From contig NIVC01002184.1 of assembly GCA_002269645.1 (NCBI GenBank), positions 124,001-188,000 on the forward strand: DNA of 64,000 nt. Reading direction: 5' to 3'. This stretch comes from Macrostomum lignano (Eukaryota). The notes beneath the pieces were generated by a model, which was given only the letters and a program-made list of their open reading frames with translations, ran no database searches and had not been told where the DNA came from. The position numbers were made by a program, and so were the translations under genes. Positions 41,501 to 54,250 of this stretch are shown one piece after another; position 1 is the first letter of the stretch; each line of letters starts with the position of its first letter.

Positions 41501-44500
41501 CAGGAGCACCGAAGAGGTCCTCGCCCACACCTGCCAATCGATTTTTGATGGTTTTGAGGAACAACCAGCGAAACGCTCTGCCATATACCTACTCGACTTC
41601 AGCAAGGCCTATGACAGAGTATGGCGCGCTGCTCTGACTGTTAAGCTATACGAGCTCACGGTACCTGCTAGATTCATCCTCTGGGTGCACAAATTCCTCA
41701 GAGACCGCCGCGCCAGGGTGAAATGGCAACAAACTATCAGCAGGGAAAGAGTCCTCGAAGAGGGCTTCCACAAGGAAGCGTCATCGCCCCCACCCTGTGG
41801 ACTACGTACGTCAACGACCTGCCGACGACCATAAAAAGGGCTAGCCCTGATTGTAAAATTAACCTATACGCCGACGACAGCTCACTGTTAGCCACCAGCA
41901 GGAAGCTAACGGACTGCGCCGACATCCTGCAACCAGCCATTGTTGCGGCCGCCGAATGGTGTAAGCGGTGGAAGGTCACCCTCAGCACCGAGAAATGCAT
42001 CTACTCGACCTTCACTCTCTCGCCACAAGAGAACAACGGCAAAGTCCGACTCAACCTGCACATTAACGGAGCCGAACTTAAATACGATCCGCACCCCCGA
42101 CTCCTAGGCCTGACCCTTGACGATCAGCTAGCTAACCTTCAACAAGCATGGAGCCGAGGTAAAGGCCCGCATGGCCCGGCGCAGAGGCGCACTCACGGCC
42201 ATTGCCCACCGCAACAGTGGAGCGGACCAAAACATCCTCCGCTCGGCCTATATCACCACTATCAGAGCGTGTGCAGACTACGGAAGCGGTATATGGCTAA
42301 CCGGAGCAGCGCCTAGCACGCGACGCATGATCGAACAACAGCAGTCGATATGCGCGCGGATGATCACAGGCTGCTGCAGTACTACCCGCAACGAGACCAC
42401 GCTCAACATCGCCAGGCTCCCCCCGATCGGCTCGATCGCCATAGAACGCGCGGCAATGCTTCGCGAGCGCATTCTTCGTCTCCCGCCGGACTGCCCGGCA
42501 GTGGATACCGCCGCCCGCTCGACGAGAGCCCGCCTAAAAAACCGAAGCTATGACCCGCAAGACGAACCGGGAAGCGGAATAGGAGCCCGAGACCGAGAAC
42601 GGCCACACCGCGGATGCTGGAGGAGGGCCGCACGAGAACTCCCTGTTGTAGCGACGCTCGATGAAATGGCGCGCGAGCAGATCATCATCGCCGCCCCCTG
42701 GGAAAGCGACACCAGCGCGGAAGTTATCTTCGACACAACGGCGAGTATGGTCAACCGCAAAGCCCCGGCAGAAGAACGCGCCAGAGCGGCCGACGCGGTC
42801 CTCAGAGCGGCCCAAGAGCTCGAGATCACGGCCTGGACGGACGGCTCCGCCAACGAAGGCTGCACCCACGGAGGGGGAGCGGCCGTGATCCACTACAATG
42901 GTACCACTACTGAGCACCTAGCACCGGCCGGGACATACTGCAGCAGCTACCAAGCAGAAATGACTGCTATCGCAACCGCCCTTCGTGCCTCGTTGGAGCT
43001 ACACGCCGCCGCCAACAGTATAGCCATCCTCACAGACAGCCTCAGCGCCCTGTCGGCACTGGCCCGCGGCCCGGCCAGCCAGCGTAATGCTGCCGGGCAT
43101 GCCTGCTGGGACACCATCGCGAGAGCCACCTACTCCAAGGTCTACTTCGGATGGGTACCTGGCCACTGCCAGATTGCCGGCAACGAAGCGGCCGACAGAG
43201 CGGCGGCTATGGCAGCTACCCTTCCGCAGAGCGAAGCAGCCATCACGTTAGACTCCGCGAGGGCTGCTATCCGCCGCGATCGCCGACGCCGCGACGCAGA
43301 GCCTACCAACCAGCCGTCACCCACCGACACCACCCGCAATCGACGCGAGCAGGTGTTGGTTAATCAACTCAGAGCGGGCGTCTCCACCATCTGCGCCACC
43401 ACCCGCCAACGTCTTGGTCTCCAAGAGGACGACAAGTGTAGTGACTGCGGCGCGGTGGACACGGCCGACCACCTCCTCCGCCGCTGCCCAAGAGGTGACG
43501 CCGCTAGAGCCCGCTACTTCGGCGTCGAGGACCCCCTATCGGCGCTGACAGGCCGGATCATCGCGTTCGTACGTGCTGTGGGGCGCCTGAGCCCCCGCCA
43601 ATATTGACGCCGAAGCGTCAACGGCGTGCCGGGAAACAGAAGAAGAAGAAGAAGAAGCCTTCGCCACTTCATCTGCAACGTTCGACTGACTCCACATCCG
43701 ACTACTAACTAATGCCAAGGCCGGCAGCAATCCGCTCGTCGCTCCACGCTCCAGACTTAGGCGGCAATTGCACAGGTTCTGCTGATCCAGCAACAGCGGC
43801 TGCAAGATTTCACCAAGCCATTCTACTAATTCGCGTTGCACTGATTTGCAATGCTCGCCTCATTCGCTTAAAATTCTCAACAAAATACAGCTCCACCATT
43901 TATGCGTGTATGAAGTAACCTTATCCCGAACCTCAATGTATGTATGGAGGTTAGGATTAGGGTTAGAAACGGCCTTTCTTTACCGCATCGACCACTCTGT
44001 CATTATCGACGTTAATACATTTGAAGCACTTCGATGCTTTGCTCTCAGCAAGTCACGAGCCCTCGACTCATGCTAACCCAACGCCAACGAGCTGCCAAGG
44101 TCTGCCCGTGTCCTTCAATCCAACTGTGCCAACGCCCAGGAGAAGAAAAATGCTCCTCTCGGCGCCTCCTTTCTATCCACTGCGGCTTTGCATCCGATCT
44201 AGACAGGTTATCGAGAACTAAAAAAAACGTTTTTCTTCTGGCCACAAGCCAGCCGTCTGTCAGAACCGTCTGTACATGTAGATTGTAGACGATCTATAAA
44301 GTCGTACCCTGCTTGAACTCTAGTCAAAGATCACGCTGCCATGGATTTGTCCCAGCTTCAGTGCCATCTGGATTTCAAGGTTAAGACACTACAAGCTGCC
44401 TGGAACGCGTCAACCAAATGTGATACCGGCCTGAGCATCATCATACCGGCTGCAAACACAACCAAGTACGTACTACCACTTTGCAATGGAAAGATTGTTT

Positions 44501-46716
44501 GTCGACGCTTCCACCACGAGCGTCCCACTTCTGCCAACCGCCCTACTAACCCTTGTGTGGAAGATGTGGGACCTTATTGGGACACCACCGACTACCGCAT
44601 CGCCCTCAAGACACCTCACCTACCACGACGTGACGAGCCGATCCGCACCAAGTTATGTCGAAGTGTCAACACCCTCTAAGGCATACTCATCGCTTGACTC
44701 CCCTTGAAAGACTTTTAAAGACTTCCTTGACTCTTATAGCAGTTATCGTTTAGCCCACTTTTCATGTGAGCTTATGGGACTCTTGAAACAATCGTGACAA
44801 AGGAAGAACGATACAAGCGTAAGCTCCAACGACGGGAAGCAACCGCGACAGCAACCTCGCTCTCCAAGCAAATATAAGCCAGAAGCGAGAGCTCTTTTTC
44901 CTTACTACAACATGCGCACATAACATACGAGTACTTTGATATAATCTGTAGTTCATCATCAACTCGAAAGGTGGAAACACGTTCAAGTGAAAGCATTAGA
45001 GGAGCGAACGTACGAGCCTACTGCGATCATTCGATAATTGCACTTTAATTCAATGAAATATGATTGTATTGCTATTCGGGTGATAATTGATTGCGCACAT
45101 ACAAGATTTTCATTTTTAGTATATAGGAAATCAGTATCTTTCTAATCCGATTTTGCCAATGCTAAAGCTACAGTGTAAACATCTTTTCATGCTATTTCTT
45201 GTATTTTTTATCACTCGTACCTCGCCTAAATTTAGCTCGCAACATAACAATAGTGGGGCTTGTAATTGCGACTAACTGCACATCATGTAGGCAACTATTG
45301 TTCTGTCTGACAAATATAATGCTCAGCTTGCTACTTTGCTCGATCTCCTCTCATCTTGACCTATGATCAGGGTGAGTCACGTGGTCGACCCAGAGTTCGT
45401 GTTGGTGCCCTACCATCTCAGGGAAAAAGGATCTCGAGCGAAAATCTTCTGCGTAGCCGCTGGCAACAATATTTACGTGGTCGGCGGCATCTGGGCCTTA
45501 AATATACAGCGAAAGGTGCTGCGCTTCGACCGCCAGGAGCCCCAGCTGGGCTGGAGAGTGTGCTCGCAGCTCAACGAGGCTCGAATTGGTCACTGCTGCG
45601 CAGTGGTGCAGGGCTACCTCTACGCAATCGGAGGATGCAGTAGTAATCAAACCGAACTAGCAAGCGTCGAGAGATTCCCTATTGATAAAAACTCGAACAG
45701 ATGGTCCCTGGTGGAGCAGATGCTGTATATGCGAAAGGACGCCGCGGCGGTGGAGCATCGAGGACGCGTATTTGTCGTTGGCGGCATCGCCGGCCTGGAA
45801 AAGCATGACACGGCCGAGATCTACTGTCCGATGAGCAACGCGTGGACGCTCGTGCCCTCCAGAATGTCAAAGCCGCGCTGCCTACTGGGCGCTGTTGTGA
45901 TTGGCCAGTCTGTGTACGTGGTGGGCGGCAAGTACCACTCCGAATGCTTGCGGTCGGTCGAGCGCTGGCAGGAGGGCAGCGGCTGGCATCGACTCAGTCA
46001 AAAGGTGCGCCTATTGCAGAGGGAGTCCCCATTAAAACGCGAATAGCATAAACTTAGCGAAAGAAAGATTAAGGGCAGTAAACCAAGCGTACAAGTCATT
46101 TTACCTAAACTGTCGTATATTGTTTGTTACGCGCACTGAGTCCTTTCTGGCCGGCGTCCTTGCTGGCAAGCCTCCAAGATCTGGGGCTCCAGGACGCTGA
46201 TGCACCAGTCACCTTGAGCTATATGTAGGTGCCTGGAAGCCTACTGTCTGTAAGCCTCTTCTTGACGGCATCTTGATCTGCGTCACGGCCTCAGGCTGAA
46301 ACTGGGTTTCCCAGTTTACCACCTGTAACTACCTGACTGGGTTAGATTTTAGGTTACGGTTTAGCTTGAGACTAAGGTTGGAAGTCAATTTTTGACTGTG
46401 AAATTTAGATAGGCAAAGTTAGTGTACCTGGCCCTTCAAGCTGAATTCCGAACGTTTATCCCTGACACAGATGAACCGAGACATTTGCTCATTGGGCTGC
46501 GTGGCCGTCGATGAGAGAATTCTCATGTTCGGCGGGCTCGATTCTTTCAATACCAAAATAGACCGCATCAATTTCTTGGACATCGAGGACGCAGCTGCCG
46601 GCTCTGGCAAGCTGTTGGATGCGCGCCGGAAGGCGCTGAAGCAGCGCTTTTCAGACCAGCTGATCCCCGGAGATGTGCAGGGACTGTCGGCCTGCGTTCT
46701 GGACTTTGACTTTTAG
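38518..46716 (+). CDS. BTB-BACK-Kelch protein, paralogue 2, with an N-terminal 21-aa tandem repeat
   Basis: Exons 38518-39887, 40076-40469, 40558-40964, 45371-46004, 46471-46716, phase-consistent (2,0,2,0). DWLSADLSFFNT matches paralogue 1 DWMTADLSFLNT. Kelch blades IYVVGG, LYAIGG, VFVVGG, VYVVGG, ILMFGG. Confidence 0.88.
38575..39420 (+). repeat. Coding 63-bp tandem repeat x14 (NLNASEQEPASxxVxTESxPD)
   Basis: GAACAAGAGCC recurs at 38581, 38644, ... 39400 (period 63), entirely in frame. Confidence 0.95.
41455..43655 (+). mobile_element. 5'-truncated non-LTR retrotransposon (RT + RNase H + CCHC finger; I/R1-group-like) with (GAA)n tail and 12-bp TSD, inactivated
   Basis: QAGFRQGRST, LDFSKAYDRV, PQGSVIAP, LYADD, WTDGS, AEMTAI, TDSLSAL, WVPGH..GNEAAD, CSDCG...H...C. 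TSD AGCCTTCGCCAC at 41443-41454 and 43656-43667. Frameshifts near 41766 and 42128. Confidence 0.93.
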
Positions 46717-46998
46717 GCTGGTCAAACAGTGCCGAACGTTTTTGATGCGATAATTTTATATATTTTGTTTTAATATTGCTTTTCAACGGACACCGAGTGC
46801 ATCTGGCATTTTGTACTGTACTGTAATGCCAAATATTATTCAAGTGTATTATAGGCTTCCAAAATTATAAATGTAGACTGGGTCTTCCAGGCTAACCTTC
46901 CGAGCAAAAGGGATTTTATGTGCAATAAGAAATTATAATGTATTAAAAAATCAGCCTACATCAAGTTATGTGCGTATGCGTTTGCAAGCTCAATACCT

Positions 46999-47155
46999 GA
47001 GTCTGCTTGCCTACCCTCTTGAGTCTGCTTGCCTACCCTCTTGAGTCTGCTTGCCTACCCTCTTGAGTCTGCTTGCCTACCCTCTTGAGTCTGCTTGCCT
47101 ACCCTCTTGAGTCTGCTTGCCTACCCTCTTGAGTCTGCTTGCCTACCCTCTTGAA
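46999..47155. repeat. 22-bp minisatellite x7 (GAGTCTGCTTGCCTACCCTCTT)
   Basis: Near-perfect tandem copies from 46999. Confidence 0.96.
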
Positions 47156-48064
47156 TCTGCATCCCTATTCTTCTCTCTCACTCAGGACCACCATGGTATA
47201 ACGTGACGTAAAACTCAAAGATCGCGTAATTAATTCAGCGGCAGATTTCCTGGAGAAATACACTGCGAAGATATAAGAAAACATATTTTTTCTATCACAT
47301 AATCCGTGATCTGGGGGCAGTGAAGATTTTACTGTTCTATTAATTTTAAGCATGCATATCATGTTACTCTGTAATATTTTATGTAGCTGTTTAGTAAAAG
47401 CTTCATTTTCATATTGTTTTCCTTTTACTTCATAATAAGCCAAATGCATGCATGTAGGAACTAATAAGTGTTGAAATGGAATTATAGCCACAAAAATGGT
47501 TTTACAGTGCCCTGAATGCAATATTTTTATTCTAAATATTCTTGATTGAAGAAGGAATAAAAGATTGTGATAATTCCTTCCACTTTGTGAGTATTCACAG
47601 CAATCACTGATTATATGATGAAACATGGCCTCCAAAACTAACGCGGGAAATAATTGGCAATAAAAACGATTGCCTCACTACTGCCAGTAAGTTCAGTCAG
47701 GAGATATAAAGTTCTTTGGGGCGCCGTTCTTTTTATAACGGGGATTATATCCGATAAAAATCAGAATCTGGGTTCAAATTCTGCTAATAAAATCTGCTGG
47801 ATAAGCGAACAGAACTGAGCCGTGTCCTGGTTGTCTAACTAGACCAGTGCTGCATTATAATTAGTTACTTTCGGCTCGTCTGCTTCTCTCTCTCTCTCTC
47901 TCTGTGTATCAAACCAAAGGTGAAAAAAGTAAAGTTGCGCCTACTTTCAAGCTTAAAGGCTGCACTAACAATGACGAATCTCTGGTGCATCATACTCTCT
48001 TACCCCTGCCTCATCTCATGCCTCACCTCTGCCTCTGTCTATTCTCCTTGAACTTTTGTCTACT

Positions 48065-48222
48065 CTCCCTCTCTTCACTGTGTCTAGTCTCCAACCCTTC
48101 ACTGTGTCTACTCTCCCTCTCTTCACTGTGTCTACTCTCCCTCTCTTCACTGTGTCTACTCTCCCTCTCTTCACTGTGTCTACTCTCCCTCTCTTCACTG
48201 TGTCTACTCTCCCTCTCTTCAC
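48065..48222. repeat. 24-bp minisatellite (TGTCTACTCTCCCTCTCTTCACTG)
   Basis: About 6 tandem copies. Confidence 0.94.
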
Positions 48223-48844
48223 ACCACTCTCCATCTCTTTACCCCGCCTGCCCGCACCGCGCTGTCCCGACATCCCGGCACTTGACTCTCCATTTCTGCT
48301 GCATGTTACCCACAGGTCACTCGAGACGGGCACGGCGTGGAATCTCTACCTGCACAAATGCCGGCTGTCCACTGCTTCCCGCCCTCTTCCCTCTCTTACC
48401 TGTCTGTTACCCGCAAGTAGGAGAAGTCGCAGGCCTGCACAAGAAAGCAGTTCCCACTGCAACCTGTCCGAAAGAGAAAAAATTCTAAAAGCCAAGACAA
48501 ATCTTCCGGCCCTCTTGAGAGCAAATGCAGCTCAGACTGCAAGAAAGAGCACTCAAAGCCGCTGCTTGCACACTGTAATCTGCAGCGGACAAGAGTACTT
48601 GAGTACTTACGAGCCTGTATTGCCTGCCTCCTGGCACACAAAGAAGGACACGCGGTGAAAAAACACCGGAGACGTTGATTTCTCCACTCAGCTCAAGTCT
48701 GATTTTCCACCGGCTCGGGACCCGCTAGCAATGCTAAAAGGCATTGTTCGACCCGGAAATTGCATGCCCAGCCGCCTGAGTCTCTCAAAAAGAAAGATGC
48801 TTATCTCTCTCATCTGTGACTGATCACTGCTTGGGGACTGAGTC

Positions 48845-49320
48845 TGCACCCCATCACTCCCAGTCTCCGCCCCTCTATCAACTGAGCTCATTCTAAGTCT
48901 GCGCCTCATCACTCCCAGTCTCCGCCCCTCTATCAACTGAGCTCATTCTAAGTCTGCGCCTCATCACTCCCAGTCTCCGCCCCTCCTTGAGCCGAGCTCA
49001 TTCTGAGTCTTCGCCTCATCATTCCCAGTCTCCGCCCCTTTATGAACTGAGCTCAATCTTGGTCTTCGCCTCATCATTCCCAGTCTCCGCCCATCTGTGA
49101 GCTGAGCTCATTCTTAGTCTTCGCCTCATCATTCCCAGTCTCTGCCCCTCTGTGAGCTGAGCTCATTCTGAGTCTGCGCCTCATCATTCCCTGTCTCCGC
49201 CCCTCTGTGAACTGAGCTCATTCTTAGTCTTCGCCTCATCATTCCCAGTCTCTGCCCCTCTGTGAACTGAGCTCATTCTTAGTCTGCGACTCATCACTCC
49301 CAGTCTCCGCCCCTCTCTGA
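48845..49320. repeat. 55-bp minisatellite (~8.5 copies)
   Basis: Unit CCTCATCACTCCCAGTCTCCGCCCCTCT...ACTGAGCTCATTCT..GTCT.CG. Confidence 0.93.
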
Positions 49321-49826
49321 GCTTGTAGGTCAGTATCCCGCCCCCTCAGTCTGAGAAGCAGCCCTAGAGCTCAGATGCAATCAGTTGAGTAGGGGAGGGG
49401 GGGCGGTCATTCAGCCATCTTTTCAAGGCTGTTTCTCATCCCGCTCCCCTTCCACAGCAGGCCCAAAGCATATCGGCATGTTTGATGAAAGCAACCTTTG
49501 CTGCACATCAGCTTAACATAAATACCGGAGCCTGTTGTGGCCTTGCAGCCCCTCATTGGCTTCAATGAGTTGGTACGGGCGTAGCTTTAACTGACAGGCG
49601 TGGAGGGGAGAGGTTGGCGGGGATTAAGCAGATTTACGCAGATCAAGTCTTGGCTTTTTTCTCGGGTCTGAAAACTGGACGAGTTCCTGAGAGCAGTGAT
49701 TTGCGATGCCCCGCGCATGATCAGCGGTGTTGCATTTTTTGTGCGAGGCTGAGGGCGCGGAGTTGGCCCCCAAATTACCACTCGTGCCTTCTGCTCAGTT
49801 ACTGGGTTAGGGCGGGGCAGAGGCAA

Positions 49827-49829
<3 letters not shown>

Positions 49830-49900
<71 letters not shown>
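49830..49900. repeat. (GACA)n microsatellite
   Basis: About 17 units. Confidence 0.95.
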
Positions 49901-49901
<1 letters not shown>

Positions 49902-50516
49902 CGCACGCACATAAACAAGCTGTTTACGAAAGTAAAATGAAAGTAGGTTAATCTTCAATTCTGGCAGCAACTGCGAGTCTTTCATCACTGCTCCGCACAG
50001 TGTTTAATTAAAACACGGAGAGGATAAGCTTATCCAAAACCGCAGGGTTTTTTAGCTAATTCTCTGAAATCCGCAAGTGAAGCAGGCAGCCTTCACAAAA
50101 ACTACAGTGGCTGAAACAAGCAGTTCGTGAATTACTATAGCTTGTGTATAAACCGATCCAGTTAGTGAGAGAAAAGACAACAGATCAAAAAGTGTGCCGC
50201 ACTGTCCGCACTCAGGTGACATCAATATTGAGGGGTACTGGAACACACAGAACGAATTCCATAGGTGATAGGTAGGGTTTGCTAAAACTACACCATCTTT
50301 GTTAAACATCAAAAACCGAACAGAAACGCGCAGTAGCCATTGTGCAGCGGCATGCGTTCAAAAAGAACTAGGAAAACAGAAGCTGCGCATTGAAATTGGC
50401 CGAAACTTGTCTTTTCAGGTGCGCTAACTTGTCATCTACTGCCAGGGAAAAACAGATTTAGGGAGAAAAACTGCTTGGTTTTGGAGGAGGTGATACTGAA
50501 ACAATTAACACTGATA

Positions 50517-50928
50517 GTAACAGGATCTGACACTGCGACAGATAGCGGACCAAGGACCACTGACAGCAACAGGATCTGACACTGCGACAGATAGCGAACC
50601 AAGGACCACTGATAGCAACAGGATCTGACACTGCGACAGATAGCGGACCAAGGACCACTGACAGCAACAGGATCTGACACTGCGACAGATAGCGGACCAA
50701 GGACCACTGACAGCAACAGGATCTGACACTGCGACAGATAGCGGACCAAGGACCACTGACAGCAACAGGATCTGACACTGCGACAGATAGCGGACCAAGG
50801 ACCACTGATAGCAACAGGATCTGACACTGCGACAGATAGCGGACCAAGGACCACTGATAGCAACAGGATCTGACACTGCGACAGATAGCGGACCAAGGAC
50901 CACTGATAGCAACAGGATCTGACACTGC
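50517..50928. repeat. 49-bp minisatellite (~8.5 copies)
   Basis: Unit AGGATCTGACACTGCGACAGATAGCGGACCAAGGACCACTGACAGCAAC. Confidence 0.96.
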
Positions 50929-51285
50929 GCAAATATACAAGATTGACTTTTTATGAATCAAATTTCTCAGCAAAATGCTATTGTGTTCCATGTTTGCCTG
51001 GAAGCTTGGCTATTGGAAACCGGAATTATTTCAGTCAGTTCCGGTTGTTTCAGATCATTTCCATTTTGTTTCCGGTCTCCTTTTATGCTTAGATAAGTCA
51101 GCCCCAATTTATTGTGAACTCGTACAGAATCGAACCTAAGTTCTGTGGCGCGGAAGTCAGTTGCGGAGGTGGAGTGAATGCATTTTGAAGCGAAGTTGTA
51201 TCTAAAAAAATCTACATGATTTTGAATTTGTGTCCTACTATGCGTCCTTGTGAACTGTTCGCTCTGAACTGCCAGACTCGGCTGC

Positions 51286-52527
51286 CTACTTCGCCGCAGC
51301 GTGCGTCAGGGCCGCCCTCGTCGCCCCTCCTCTGCCAGCCGCGGCGCCGCCGTTGCCCCGGCAGAAGATGCGCCGCAGGTCGTCTCTGAAGTTGGCGTTC
51401 ATGAAGCAGTAGATGATGGGGTTGGTGGCGTGCGCCATGTAGTACAGGTAGAAGATCAGCAGGCTGAAGGGCGCCAGGCCGACGATCATGAGGGCGGCCG
51501 GGACAAAAGTGCAGGCGAACACGACGGCCACGACGAACAGCATAGCGGCGGTCTTCAGGTTCTGCATCGCGTCGCTGTCCCGCGACGGCAGCACCGAGCG
51601 GCGTCGCTTTTTCATCGGCAAGTGCTCCTGCTGCTCATGCTGCTGCTGCTCGCTGTGGTGGCCGTGGGCGTCGGCTTCTTCGTCTGGAGCCACCTCAACG
51701 TGATCGGCTGCTGGGCTGGCCGCGGTCGGAGCCGCCTCGTCTCCGGGCGTTGAGCGCCGCGGGTTGAGCCGCTGCTGGCCTTTGAGCTCGCGGCGTTTGC
51801 GCCGCATGGCCAGCACGGAGCGGTAGATGCAGACGTAGAGCGCTACGACCAGCGAGATGCAGATGCCGAACAGGGACACGTGCACCCGCTGGAATACGTG
51901 GAAGAAGGCCAAGCTGGCGTCGGAGACGTGCAGAGCGCTGGAGTTCAGCTTCTTGATGTCGTTGATCTCCTTGCACTGGCCCTGGCTGGCGTACTGCCAG
52001 GTGCCGTTCGGGCCGGACTGGGCCACCACGCCGCTGCAGAAGGCAGCTGTGGTGACGCCGAGGGCCAGAGCCAGGCCGCCCAGGCTGAGCACAATTGCTC
52101 GAGCTCTGGGCAGGGTGATGGCGCGCAAGAAGGGCCGGCAGATGCAGAAGTACCGATCAACTGCGATGGCCGACATCAGCATGCAGCTGAACGGGATGCC
52201 GCTGGCGTTCACCAGGTAGTAGAGCTTGCAGACGATCAGGTGAGTTCGGAAGTCCACCAGCTCCATGAATAGCGTCATGGGAATCACCAGGGTGCAGGCG
52301 ATCATGTCGGAAGCGGCCAGGGACAGGATGAAGATGTTGGCCGTCTGTTTGTCCTTCTTCTGCGAGTAGACGTAGAGCACCACCGAGTTGCCGATGGAGC
52401 CGATGATGCTGATTGTCACCAGCTCGGCGTAGGAGATCAGCCGGATGGTGCGGCTGATCTCGCCAGCTTCGAGCTCTGCGTCCGTTGGGGTGCTCGTCGA
52501 AATGATATCAGCCACCGTTGTGTCCAT
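51286..52527 (-). CDS. Class A (rhodopsin-like) GPCR, probable neuropeptide receptor (CCK/orexin-like group), intronless, ~413 aa
   Basis: Seven hydrophobic segments; TM1 GN, TM2 LAASD, C3.25, DRY, TM6 FACTFVP, TM7 NPIIY, helix 8 NFR. ATG 52527 preferred; the ORF is open up to 52644. Confidence 0.93.
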   Translation of the reverse strand: MDTTVADIISTSTPTDAELEAGEISRTIRLISYAELVTISIIGSIGNSVVLYVYSQKKDKQTANIFILSLAASDMIACTLVIPMTLFMELVDFRTHLIVCKLYYLVNASGIPFSCMLMSAIAVDRYFCICRPFLRAITLPRARAIVLSLGGLALALGVTTAAFCSGVVAQSGPNGTWQYASQGQCKEINDIKKLNSSALHVSDASLAFFHVFQRVHVSLFGICISLVVALYVCIYRSVLAMRRKRRELKGQQRLNPRRSTPGDEAAPTAASPAADHVEVAPDEEADAHGHHSEQQQHEQQEHLPMKKRRRSVLPSRDSDAMQNLKTAAMLFVVAVVFACTFVPAALMIVGLAPFSLLIFYLYYMAHATNPIIYCFMNANFRDDLRRIFCRGNGGAAAGRGGATRAALTHAAAK

Positions 52528-53944
52528 GTTTACGGTGCTGACAGGAGTCTGGCAATGTCTTCTGAAATGGTTTGCGGTGGAATGATTTATTTTAAGCATA
52601 GGTGTGACAGGCGGTGCTGGATTCAATTCTAGGACCCCCACCAAGCTAGCGTAGGTGTGACAGGCGGTGCTAGATTGAGTTCTTGGGCGTTAATTGAGCC
52701 CATAGGACGCCACGTTTGTACGCGTTCAGTCATGGCATCCAGTTGGTTACCATGGCAACAAAAATATTTACATCTGGATTATAGGTGGATTGTAAGCAAA
52801 AGCGGTCTAATAGTGAGTGAGCACTAAAAAATTCCACTGCAGGCAGGCAGTCTCTATCAGATTTCGCTGTATCAAAAAGCGCCTCAGACGCTGAGATGCG
52901 GACAGAAGAATCTGGGCCTTCGCGAGTCACTTCATTAGCCGATGCCGCAGAGCCATCATTCGATTTTGAGCAGGACAAATTTCCAACGTGCCGGGACTGC
53001 ATCATATTTCGCTGCTGAGATGGCGGGCCTTCCGTCAGCAACCCCCGGCCCCTGATTTGATTATGCCAAGGATAAACATCTCTGCGTGCGCTTCACTCGC
53101 AGTCGTGGCAGAATTTTAAACAGCAGCACCCAGCAGCACATTGCCCGGCCTTCATAAACTTCACTGCCGCGGGAACAATCCATCAAACTTCAATGACATC
53201 CAGCGGGTCAAGTAGAAAATTGGTGAGAGAGCCAATTTTAGGAAAGAACTCGCCAGCACAGGGGGCAGCCGAGGGTGACAACTTCAAAGCCGAGACCGAG
53301 GATGCGGCAAGAAGCCATGCGGATGTCACATTGACTCCCACGTCCTCTGCCCTCTTCGCACCCTCCTCCCCCCTCCATTGTCGGTGACGAACTGTGCCAT
53401 CCCCATCAGCTGGCTGGGACTCAAAGTTAGCCGTTGACTCTGCTAGTTGCCATGCGAAGTGATTTTTCCCAGCAGGCCGGCCCTCCTTCCCTGGTTACAC
53501 GCTGGCCCTTCGCGGCAGTGGGATGCCGACTTAGCGGGGATAAATTATTAATTCCCACCAGCAGACTGAGCCCCAGTCTGAGGCCCCGCAACTAAGAATG
53601 CCATTACGTGGCGCCAATGCTCCTCTTATTTCTCAAAACTTCATCCAGCAGTCAGCCAGCCTGAGAAGCGGCCCTGTCAATCTGCCGCAAGTGAAAGCGG
53701 AGCCCCCAGCCGGCTTACTGGGCTAACTGGCGGCCTGCAGCAGGCTTTGTTCACTTTTGTCTTCTTCTCCTGGACTGAGACAGCAAATCCAAGTGGCTGC
53801 CTTCTTGTCAGGCCTGTCAGTCACCCGGCTGATGTCCTGTCTGTAGCCTGCGTCTTGGACCACTTTGATTGTCCATTGTTCTCTGCACCGGGACCACCGC
53901 AAACCCTTGCTTCAGTCCCTCATGTGGGTCCCTCCGTCTCATCT

Positions 53945-54250
53945 CCTCTCTCCCTCCTTCTCACATTCTGTCTCCCTCCGTCTCACCCTCTCTCTCCCTC
54001 CGTCTCACCCTCTCTCTCCCTCCGTCTAACCCTCTCTCTCCCTCCGTCTCACCCTCTCTCCCCCTCCTTTTCACCTTCTCTCTCTTACCTATTTCCCTTC
54101 GTCTAACCCTCTCCCCGTTTCACCCTCTCCCTGTCTAACCCTCTCCCCGTCTCACCCTCTCCCCGTCTCACCCTCTCCCCGTCTCACCCTCTCCCCGCCT
54201 CACCCTCTCCCCGCCTCACCCTCTCCCCGTCTCACCCTCTCCCCCGTTTC
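53945..54250. repeat. CT-rich minisatellite (CCGTCTCACCCTCTC(TC)CC)n
   Basis: 17-21 bp units. Confidence 0.9.

Noticed and set aside
41100-44990. Possible older LTR or TIR element hosting the LINE (ORF 44341-44679 with a GPY-like word; short inverted matches 41150-41175 vs 44875-44935)
   Set aside because: Matches are 9-12 nt and not colinear; no terminal repeats or TSD could be defined.
50052-50312. 86-aa ORF with CGQC and CFTC pairs (zinc-finger-like)
   Set aside because: Short, AT-rich codon usage unlike true exons here, and spacing fits no family I can name.
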